Source: Bacillales bacterium UBA6877 (lineage in GTDB: Bacteria; Bacillota_I; Bacilli_A; RFN20; CAG-826). Taken from it: a stretch of 64,000 nucleotides of DNA. How positions within the stretch are numbered: position 1 is the stretch's first letter; each line of letters opens with the position of its first letter. Positions 49,535 through 57,187 of this stretch are shown one piece after another. The DNA lies in NCBI GenBank assembly GCA_002451465.1, contig DKCJ01000024.1, positions 29,578 through 93,577 of the forward strand. The letters are read 5' to 3'. A program made the translations under genes and the position numbers. Below the pieces are notes generated by a model. It did not search any database. It saw only the letters and a program-made list of their open reading frames with translations, and had not been told where the DNA came from.

Positions 49535-50410
49535 TTATTTTTGTTCTGGTTTTGCTTCTTCTGGAGCTTTATCACTACTCTCGACAACAGTCTTCTTGTT
49601 ATCTTCAATTAATTCTTTGAGTAATGGTTCATAATTTGTCTTCCAGCCTTTTTCGGAATCTTCAACAAAAGCACTTAATTCAAGACCAACTTCGTTATAG
49701 ACATCTTGGAAATTCTTTCCAACTGGAAGATCTCTCTTACCAGTCATCATTTCGATGTATTTAAAGATTTCATCTAATGCATTTGTATAGAGTATATCTG
49801 TGCAAGTAGCATTTTGTCTTACAAAACTCACAAGACCAACAAGTTTATTTAAATCTTGTTCAATAAAGTTGCTTTGTGGACTTTTTTGACCATGAGCTTC
49901 ACGCATAACTTTGTTATATTCAGCAAATTGTTTTCTAATTTCAGTTACTAATGTCATTAAAGCAACTGCACGATAAAATCTTTCATCAGCTTTAAGTAAA
50001 GCAACTACACGATCATCTTTTTGATTGTGACTTTCAGCATATTGTTCGTGAATACGAATAACGTTGTTTAATGACTCATGAAGAGGAATAACACCTTCAA
50101 AAATTCTGATATTTTGAGCGTGATCAACTCTAATTCCTTCCGGAGCTTTTTTAATAACGGTGGATGTATCGCTATAGAAATCTTCTCCAAATTTTGTACA
50201 TTCTTCTAAAAGTTTTTGACCTTTCTCGCCATTTTGATCAATAAAGACTTTTAATGGTGAATTAACTTTTACTTCGTTAACAATTCCATTACGTTTGTAA
50301 TCATAAAAATTAACTTCATATTTTTCTCTTGGTAAAGTGTATTCTAAAGTATCTCTAACAAGTGAATTGTAATAAACAATTGAAACAATAACTCTATTTA
50401 TAGTATCCAT
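49535..50410 (-). CDS. Hypothetical soluble protein
   Basis: 291 aa with no motif I recognise. It lies 22 nt upstream of the membrane protein on the same strand. Confidence 0.6.
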   Translation of the reverse strand: MDTINRVIVSIVYYNSLVRDTLEYTLPREKYEVNFYDYKRNGIVNEVKVNSPLKVFIDQNGEKGQKLLEECTKFGEDFYSDTSTVIKKAPEGIRVDHAQNIRIFEGVIPLHESLNNVIRIHEQYAESHNQKDDRVVALLKADERFYRAVALMTLVTEIRKQFAEYNKVMREAHGQKSPQSNFIEQDLNKLVGLVSFVRQNATCTDILYTNALDEIFKYIEMMTGKRDLPVGKNFQDVYNEVGLELSAFVEDSEKGWKTNYEPLLKELIEDNKKTVVESSDKAPEEAKPEQK

Positions 50411-50457
50411 ATTTTTTTCCTTTCTCTAACAATTCTTATAATACATAATATATCATA

Positions 50458-51291
50458 CTATTTTTTTACAATATATCTACTTAAATCTTCAAATTTATCT
50501 ATTGTATATTTAGCATATTTTTTAACAGCCTCTGGTGCTTTGCCCATAACGAAACTTGTTTCTTTAAATTCTTTAAACATTGAAATATCGTTTCCGCTAT
50601 CGCCAACTACACATATTTCATCATCTTTTATTCCCTTAATTTTGCAATATTCTCGCATAATCGAGCCTTTGCTACAATTTTTTGGAGTAATTTCTATAAC
50701 TTCATTACTCCAGCTTGATTCAATATTTGTATAGGCGTTTCGAATAACTTTATTAAGATCCATGGCTTGTTTTTTCTTTCTACTAGTAACACCTATAAAA
50801 AACATTAATTTGAAAATCTTTTGATTTTCTAATGCTTCATTAAATTCTTCAATTTTAAAATGTGGAACTTCTCCATAATTACCTTGAATTTTATTATATA
50901 AAGCATAAAAATATTTTAAAATTTCACATCCTTTTCTTATTTTAATAAAGAAGCCTTTTTCAGTCATTATCATGACACCAGGTAATTTAAATGGAACTAA
51001 TAATTCATCTATTAATTCTTTTATTTCGTTTTTATCAATGCTTTCACTTCTAAGAATTTTACCATCTTCATATAAAACAGCTCCATTAAATCCTATTAAA
51101 GTGCATTTTCTACCAATAACTTTTTCAACTTTTTTACCATATTCCACAGACCTACCACTTACTAAAATTACTTTTCCACCACCATCAATAAAAGATTGAA
51201 GAAAAAATAAATTTTCTTTGCTAATTAAATGACGTTTATCTTTTGGATAAAAAAGTGTTCCATCTAAATCAGTTGCAATATATTTAATCAT
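50458..51291 (-). CDS. Cof-type HAD-IIB phosphatase
   Basis: TDLDGTLF motif I and GDSGNDISMF motif IV. Confidence 0.82.
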   Translation of the reverse strand: MIKYIATDLDGTLFYPKDKRHLISKENLFFLQSFIDGGGKVILVSGRSVEYGKKVEKVIGRKCTLIGFNGAVLYEDGKILRSESIDKNEIKELIDELLVPFKLPGVMIMTEKGFFIKIRKGCEILKYFYALYNKIQGNYGEVPHFKIEEFNEALENQKIFKLMFFIGVTSRKKKQAMDLNKVIRNAYTNIESSWSNEVIEITPKNCSKGSIMREYCKIKGIKDDEICVVGDSGNDISMFKEFKETSFVMGKAPEAVKKYAKYTIDKFEDLSRYIVKK

Positions 51292-51336
51292 AAAAAAAGT
51301 TTGCCTTTCAGCAAGCTAATTTTAAGTAAAAATTTA

Positions 51337-51891
51337 CTAAATATCAACTTTATTTTCGGCTTGAATTAAACCATAGCCACCATCATTTCTTTTATATAAA
51401 ACTGATATTTTTTCATCTTCACTATCTAAATATAAGAAGAAATCATGTCCTAAAGCTTCCATTCTTGTAATTGCTTCTTCCATTTCCATAGGTTTTAATT
51501 CGAGAGTTTTAGTTCTTACAAGTTCAGCTTGTTCTTCATTTTTAATTTCATCTAAGATGTTTTCATAAACAATTGATTTACCTAAACCCTCATGTCCATA
51601 TTTCTTTAACATTTTGGTTTTAAGTTTACGCATCTCACCAACAAGTTTATCAATTGCTAAATCAACCGCAGCATATAAATCATCACTTGTAACTTCTGCT
51701 CTAAATGTCATTTCTGGAGTAAATACTGTTATTTCGATTTTTTGAGCAGTTTTATAAGTTCTACAAACAGCTCTACATAAAACATCGGCATCTTTATCAA
51801 AATATTTTTCAATACGACTTAATTTCTTTTGAATAACATTTGAAATAGCCTCGGTGATTAGAATGTTCTTACCAACAATTTGAAATTTCAT
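51337..51891 (-). CDS. hpf: Ribosome hibernation-promoting factor (long HPF)
   Basis: An N-terminal S30AE-like domain (MKFQIVGKNILITEAI) plus a C-terminal dimerisation domain (FFLYLDSEDEKISVLYKRNDGGYGLI). Confidence 0.9.
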   Translation of the reverse strand: MKFQIVGKNILITEAISNVIQKKLSRIEKYFDKDADVLCRAVCRTYKTAQKIEITVFTPEMTFRAEVTSDDLYAAVDLAIDKLVGEMRKLKTKMLKKYGHEGLGKSIVYENILDEIKNEEQAELVRTKTLELKPMEMEEAITRMEALGHDFFLYLDSEDEKISVLYKRNDGGYGLIQAENKVDI

Positions 51892-52041
51892 AATTATACC
51901 TCCTTATGTAACAACACATCTTATAACCTTATTATATTATATATTTCGTTTTCTTTATAGAATAAATTAGTGAAATTACTTGAATAAATAATTATCATTT
52001 TCTTATAATTAATAAATCAAATGAGAAAGGAGCTTACAATG

Positions 52042-53469
52042 GCTAACTTTTTAAATAAGTTCTTTCATATTGAAGAAAGAGGTTCAACTATTTCTAAAGA
52101 ACTACTTGGAGGATTAACGACTTTTTTAGCGTTATTCTATATTTTACCTGTTAATAGTGGCATTTTATCTAATCTTAATTTCAATGATGGATTAAGTCAT
52201 ACGGAATTTGGAGCAATATTTCTTGCTACAGCTTTAGCATCAGGAATTACAACCTTATTAATGGGATTATATGCTAATTATCCTGTCGCTTTATCTTCTA
52301 GCATGGGAATAAACGCTTTTATTGCTTTTACTATTTGTAAAGGAGCTGGCTTTGGTTATGGCGAGGCTATGGCTTTAACATTCCTTGCTGGAATTATATT
52401 TTTTATTATTTCTGTCACTCCAGTTCGTGAAAAAATAACAAACGCTATACCTAAAAATTTTAAAATAGCAATTGCTGCTGGTATTGGCTTTTTTATTTGT
52501 TTTATAGGTCTAAAAAATTCTGGAATAATCGTAGCAAACGAAAGTACGTATGTAGGTTTAGGAGACTTTAAAAAAATCCCTGTTTTAATGGCTATATGTG
52601 GTTTCCTTTTAGTTTTGTTTTTAGGGCATTTTAAAAACAAAAAAGTATCTCAATTTGCTGTCATTATTTCGCTTTTTATTCTTGGAATAATCTCTGCTTC
52701 AATTGGCCAAATAACCCTTGCTCTCAAGGGTGAAGAAGCTTTAAAAGCTATTGATATGCCTACTTTTTATGATAGTTCCTTTAGCTATTCTGCTCTAGCC
52801 TCTTTTAAAGATGTTTTCTTATTAGCTTTTAAAGAAGGCTTTGTAACATTTACAAAACCAGAAGCTTATGCAATGCTTTTTGCTCTTGTATTTGTTAATT
52901 TCTTTGATACAACCGGGACTTTAGTCGCCGTTGGAAGTGAAGCAAATTTAATAGATAAAGATGGTAAACTTATAGGAGCTAAAAGAGCTTTGATGGTAGA
53001 TTCATTCGGTACAAGTTTAGGTGGTATTTTTGGTACAACTGGTATTTCATCTTTTGTTGAATCAACAGCTGGAATAAGTGTTGGCGCTAGAACTGGACTT
53101 TCTAGTGTAGTTGTTGCAATATTATTCTTTTTATCGATACTAATTTATCCTGCACTTGGAATGTTTGGCTTTACCCCAAGTGGACTTTCTCCAGTTACAT
53201 CAATTGCTTTAATTTATGTAGGGACTATTATGTTTAAAAATTTAAAAGATATTGATTGGAATGATGGAGTGGCGGTTGCAAGTGGCTTTATAACCATCAT
53301 AATGATGATATTATCTTATTCAATTTGTGATGGTATTGCATTTGGTTTTATCTCTTACACAATTATGTCTCTTGCATCAGGGAACGCCAAAAAAATATCC
53401 CCTTTAATGTATATAATTTCTATATTATTTATAGGTTATTATGTGCTTAAATTTACAGTTCTTGTTTAA
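52042..53469 (+). CDS. NCS2/AzgA-family purine (adenine/guanine/hypoxanthine) permease
   Basis: The N-terminus FFHIEERGSTISKELLGGLTTFLA is typical of AzgA/PbuG-type permeases, with about 12 TM helices. The ATG at 52042 has AAAGGAG 6 nt upstream. Confidence 0.85.
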   Translation, partial: ANFLNKFFHIEERGSTISKELLGGLTTFLALFYILPVNSGILSNLNFNDGLSHTEFGAIFLATALASGITTLLMGLYANYPVALSSSMGINAFIAFTICKGAGFGYGEAMALTFLAGIIFFIISVTPVREKITNAIPKNFKIAIAAGIGFFICFIGLKNSGIIVANESTYVGLGDFKKIPVLMAICGFLLVLFLGHFKNKKVSQFAVIISLFILGIISASIGQITLALKGEEALKAIDMPTFYDSSFSYSALASFKDVFLLAFKEGFVTFTKPEAYAMLFALVFVNFFDTTGTLVAVGSEANLIDKDGKLIGAKRALMVDSFGTSLGGIFGTTGISSFVESTAGISVGARTGLSSVVVAILFFLSILIYPALGMFGFTPSGLSPVTSIALIYVGTIMFKNLKDIDWNDGVAVASGFITIIMMILSYSICDGIAFGFISYTIMSLASGNAKKISPLMYIISILFIGYYVLKFTVLV

Positions 53470-53488
53470 ATTAATTTAAATATCAAAA

Positions 53489-54673
53489 TCATTTAACTCT
53501 TGCTTCATTAAGCAAGAGTTTTTTAATTTCATCAACTTTATCTAATTTTTCCCAAGGTAAATCTAAATCGGGTCTACCAAAATGACCATAATTTGCAATA
53601 TCACGATATGCAAAAGTTGGATGATTTTTTAAATCAAAATTTTTAATAATGATGCCTGGCCTAAAATCAAATACCTTATCAATAATTTTATAAATTACCT
53701 CGTCATCATAATGTCCAGTTTTAAAAGTTGAAACATTAATGCTTAATGGTTCTGCTTTACCAATTGCATATCCAACTTGTATTTCTAATCTATCTGCAAC
53801 ATTAGCTGCAACTAAGTTTTTAGCAACGTAGCGTGCCATGTAGGCCGCACTTCTATCTACTTTTGATGGATCTTTTCCACTAAAAGAACCACCACCATGT
53901 CTAGCACTTCCCCCATATGTATCAGCAATAATTTTTCTACCAGTAAGACCTGTATCTCCTTTTGGGCCACCAATAACAAACTTACCAGTTGGATTTATTA
54001 AAACTTTAAAATCATCATTTAAATTAAATGATCTCGCAACTGGAATCATAATATTATTTTTAATATATTCTTTAAATTCTTTTTCGTTAAAATCTGGATC
54101 ATGTTGACAAGACATTAAGATAGTTTCAATTCTTGGAGTTTTACTAGAATAATCGATAGTAACACTACTTTTCATGTCAGGTCTACTCCATTTAAACTCA
54201 TTATTTTTTCGTAAATTTGAAGCTCTTCTTACAAGTTTTTCGGCAATAGAATAAGCAAGAGGCATATAGCCACTTGATTCATTACTTGCATAACCAAACA
54301 TTATGCCTTGATCACCAGCTCCTTGATTTTCAATTGTATCTTTTTTAACTCCTTGACGAATGTCTGGAGATTGTTCTTTGATTATGTTTAAAATTTTTAC
54401 ATTTTTATAATCAAATCCTAAATCTTTATTAGTATAACCAATATCTTTAATTACATCTCTTGCAATTTGTTCATAATCTACTTTAGCTTTAGTTGTAATT
54501 TCGCCACCAATTAATAAAAATTGTTCACTAGCAAAACACTCACAAGCAACAAAACTATTTTTATCTTCTTTTAAAACAGCATCTAAAATTGCATCAGCAA
54601 TTTGATCACAAATTTTATCAGGATGCCCTTCACTAACCGCTTCACTTGTAAACAATATTTTTCTTTTTTCCAT
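53489..54673 (-). CDS. metK: S-adenosylmethionine synthase
   Basis: GHPDKICDQI, GAGDQG and the GGGSFSGKDPSKVDRS loop. Confidence 0.97.
   Translation of the reverse strand: MEKRKILFTSEAVSEGHPDKICDQIADAILDAVLKEDKNSFVACECFASEQFLLIGGEITTKAKVDYEQIARDVIKDIGYTNKDLGFDYKNVKILNIIKEQSPDIRQGVKKDTIENQGAGDQGIMFGYASNESSGYMPLAYSIAEKLVRRASNLRKNNEFKWSRPDMKSSVTIDYSSKTPRIETILMSCQHDPDFNEKEFKEYIKNNIMIPVARSFNLNDDFKVLINPTGKFVIGGPKGDTGLTGRKIIADTYGGSARHGGGSFSGKDPSKVDRSAAYMARYVAKNLVAANVADRLEIQVGYAIGKAEPLSINVSTFKTGHYDDEVIYKIIDKVFDFRPGIIIKNFDLKNHPTFAYRDIANYGHFGRPDLDLPWEKLDKVDEIKKLLLNEARVK
53495..53526 (+). terminator. Terminator of the permease gene, embedded in the 3' codons of convergent metK
   Basis: AACTCTTGCTT (53495-53505), 4-nt loop, AAGCAAGAGTT (53510-53520), then a T-run. 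Confidence 0.55.
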
Positions 54674-54693
54674 ATTAATTCTCCATATATAAT

Positions 54694-54846
54694 AAAAAAA
54701 TCTTCCACATTTACGTGAAAGATTTTATTTTTCTTCCTTGTCTTATCGATCAAAGTGTGGTTCTTTGCTGTAGGAAGCACTTACTAATTTTATTTTAGAG
54801 TTGCTACTGCACTGGTTATCCTACTTATGTGCAGTTTCTTGATAAG
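54694..54846 (-). promoter_or_regulatory. SAM-I (S-box)-like riboswitch with expression-platform terminator
   Basis: Minus-strand RNA helices:
- P1 CUUAUC/GAUAAG (plus-strand 54841-54846 and 54742-54747)
- P2 ACUGCAC/GUGCAGU
- P2-loop GUAGGA complementary to J3/4 UCCUAC (pseudoknot)
- P3 ACUCUAA/UUAGUAAGU
- P4 CAAAG/CUUUG

An 11-bp terminator (AAAUCUUUCAC/GUGGAAGAUUU) plus U7 follows at 54694-54725. Confidence 0.65.
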
Positions 54847-54952
54847 CATTAATAAATATACACTAGTTAATGTAAGAAATAAAGAAATTTTTATATGAAT
54901 AGAAATAAGAAAATTATTTAATTAAATTAATTAAAAATCTAAATATTTTATT

Positions 54953-54980
54953 AAAAAACCAAGAGTTTCCTCTTGGTTTT
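54953..54980 (-). terminator. Terminator after the TSCPD gene
   Basis: AACCAAGAG-TTTC-CTCTTGGTT flanked by A6 and T4. Confidence 0.6.
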
Positions 54981-54982
54981 AC

Positions 54983-55240
54983 TTATTTCAATGCTTCTTC
55001 AATAGCAAGAGCAAGTTGATCAGGACAGCTTGTTGGTTTACTTCTACAAGTAATTCCTTTTAATCTATCATGAACTTCATTCATATTTTGCCCTTTACAA
55101 AGGGAAATGATTCCTTTTAAATTTCCAGGACAACCACCAACGACTTCAATATTTACAATCTTTTTTGTTTCATCATCGTAAGTAATTGTAATTGAACTCG
55201 AACAAGTTCCGACACATTTATGAGTATATGTTTTAATCAT
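54983..55240 (-). CDS. TSCPD-domain protein (TIGR03905-like, Cys-rich)
   Basis: 85 aa. CVGTCSS...VVGGCPGNLKGI...CRSKPTSCPDQLA matches the pattern of that family. Confidence 0.75.
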   Translation of the reverse strand: MIKTYTHKCVGTCSSSITITYDDETKKIVNIEVVGGCPGNLKGIISLCKGQNMNEVHDRLKGITCRSKPTSCPDQLALAIEEALK

Positions 55241-55824
55241 TACTTAATTAAATCTCCATAAACTGTGCCAAAACATAAACCGGCATTGCTTTCATCAGTA
55301 TCAATATGCATTGCTAATCTAAATGAATCGCTTACTCTTATAACAACATCACCAAAAATGATATTTCTTCCTTTTCCTGAATTAACAGAGACACTTACAA
55401 TGTCGCCATTTTTAACACCAAATTCTTCGGCGTCAGTTGGATGCATATGAATGTGTCTTTTTGCGACAATTAAGCCTTCTTCAAGATCAAGTTCGGCACC
55501 AGTTTCTGGATTTACAATCTTAATTGGAGCACTTCCTTTAATATCTCCACTTTCTCTTAATGGAGCATTTGCACCTAATGTGCGAGCATCAGTTGCACTA
55601 ACTTCAACTTGATTATATTTTCTAACAGGTCCTAAGATTGATACACCATCAATTTCCTTCTTTGGTCCAATAATATTTAACTTGGTTGTTGAAAGGAACA
55701 TTCCTGGTTGAGAAAGTTCTTTTTTAACTTTAAGTTCAAAACCCTTACCACATAAATGTTCTAAAGCTTCCTTTGTTAAATGAATATGTCTAGCACTTGT
55801 TTCTACTAAAATTTGTTTTGCCAT
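55240..55824 (-). CDS. pduL: Phosphate propanoyl/acetyl-transferase PduL
   Basis: A duplicated PduL fold with SARHIHL and AKRHIHMH motifs. The ATG at 55824 has AAAGGAG 6 nt upstream. Its stop overlaps the next start as TAATG. Confidence 0.88.
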   Translation of the reverse strand: MAKQILVETSARHIHLTKEALEHLCGKGFELKVKKELSQPGMFLSTTKLNIIGPKKEIDGVSILGPVRKYNQVEVSATDARTLGANAPLRESGDIKGSAPIKIVNPETGAELDLEEGLIVAKRHIHMHPTDAEEFGVKNGDIVSVSVNSGKGRNIIFGDVVIRVSDSFRLAMHIDTDESNAGLCFGTVYGDLIK

Positions 55825-55895
55825 AATTTTCTCCTTTATAAACATAATTATTTTATCACTTCATCTTTAAGATTTCTAAAAAAGATTATTAAATA

Positions 55896-55924
55896 TTGAA
55901 TTTTGTGCTCAATTTTTATATTAT
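55896..55924 (+). promoter_or_regulatory. Promoter of tRNA-Leu
   Basis: TTGAAT (55896-55901), 17-nt spacer, TATTAT (55919-55924). Confidence 0.55.
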
Positions 55925-55934
55925 ATTATGCGCT

Positions 55935-56019
55935 GGGGGAATGGCGGAACTGGTAGACGCGTACGTTTGAGGGGCGTATTAGGCAACTAGTGTGAGTTCG
56001 AGTCTCATTTCCCCCACCA
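55935..56019 (+). tRNA. tRNA-Leu (anticodon GAG)
   Basis: Acceptor GGGGGAA/TTCCCCC, anticodon stem TACGT/GCGTA, loop TTGAGGG, long variable arm, T-arm GTGAG-TTCGAGT-CTCAT, encoded CCA. Confidence 0.88.
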
Positions 56020-56028
56020 GCGAATGAT

Positions 56029-56066
56029 AAAAAATGGCTTCTAGAATTAGAAGCCATTTTTATTTT
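56029..56066. terminator. Bidirectional terminator between tRNA-Leu and the lipoprotein operon
   Basis: AATGGCTTCTA-GAAT-TAGAAGCCATT flanked by A- and T-runs. Confidence 0.65.
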
Positions 56067-56075
56067 TGTGTTATT

Positions 56076-57185
56076 TTACTTTAAATTTTCTTTATCTTTT
56101 TCAATTTGTTCTTTTAATCCTTCGATTACTGTTGAACCAATATCATATATTTTAAATTTAGCCTTGTAAGTATAAAGGTTATTTGTATCGCTAATAGCAA
56201 TATTTACAAAATCAAATTCCATATCAATTTCCGTTTTAGTATATGAAATCTTTCCTTTTAAATCATTAAAAAGTCCACTATTATAGAAGCTATTTGCATA
56301 CCCTCCATCAACTGTATTAAATACTGCTTCTGGAATTGAGTAATCAATAGCATATGCATTTAAACCTTTATAATCATTTGTATCAACTTTTGAATCGTAA
56401 ATAAAATAAGTTTTGTCATCACTTAATTTTAAGTTTGAATCTTCAACTTTAAATTCATCATCAACAAATTTTGATAAATCGCCTGTATAGCCTTCTTTAT
56501 AATCAGAAACACCAAAGCTACTTAAGAATTCATCAACGCCTTGTTCAACAAATTTACCATTGATAATATCATAATTATGAACAAATCCATCTGGAGAATT
56601 GTAACCTCCGCCTTCATATTCATTACCCATAGAATCTGAGCCATATTTACAATAATATCCATCAACTTCAGCTTTATAAATATTACCTTTCTCAACTAAA
56701 TCCTCATAAAGACCAACCGGATCATTATTGCCATCAGTAATTTCATTGGCTTTAATATAGTTTTTATCAACTACTTCGTTTTTAGCATTAAGTAATTCGC
56801 CATTCCAACTAACCGTATAGTTATATAAACTACCTGCATTAAATAACATACTAGTTAAATCTTTTACGTTAGGCGTATATATTTTAAATAATTTAGAAGC
56901 ACTTAATTCATTATTACTTCCATAACTTGCAGTAACAATAAAACTTCCATCTCTATTTGATGCAGTTAGAAGACCATCTTCACTAATTGAAGCGAGATCA
57001 TTAGATACAAACCATTTAATTTCTATTTCTTTTGGAGCATCAACATTTAATTGAATACTCTCCCCTTGAACTAAAACATCTTTTGAGGCAATAATATCCC
57101 CTAATTCATTAATTGAAATGTTATTAGTACATCCTGTAATAGCAGGTATTAAAAATAAACTTAATAATAAATATTTCTTTTTCAT
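56076..57185 (-). CDS. Surface lipoprotein with an N-terminal Ig-like (Big_2-type) domain
   Basis: MKKKYLLLSLFLIPAITGC has a lipobox. aa 30-105 resemble a Big_2 domain. The start lies 2 nt after the upstream stop. Confidence 0.75.
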   Translation of the reverse strand: MKKKYLLLSLFLIPAITGCTNNISINELGDIIASKDVLVQGESIQLNVDAPKEIEIKWFVSNDLASISEDGLLTASNRDGSFIVTASYGSNNELSASKLFKIYTPNVKDLTSMLFNAGSLYNYTVSWNGELLNAKNEVVDKNYIKANEITDGNNDPVGLYEDLVEKGNIYKAEVDGYYCKYGSDSMGNEYEGGGYNSPDGFVHNYDIINGKFVEQGVDEFLSSFGVSDYKEGYTGDLSKFVDDEFKVEDSNLKLSDDKTYFIYDSKVDTNDYKGLNAYAIDYSIPEAVFNTVDGGYANSFYNSGLFNDLKGKISYTKTEIDMEFDFVNIAISDTNNLYTYKAKFKIYDIGSTVIEGLKEQIEKDKENLK

Positions 57186-57187
57186 AA

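Noticed and set aside
51892-52041. Purine riboswitch upstream of the AzgA-type purine permease
   Set aside because: The leader lacks the conserved purine aptamer junction sequences and the two GC-containing hairpins with kissing loops. It is almost pure A/T.
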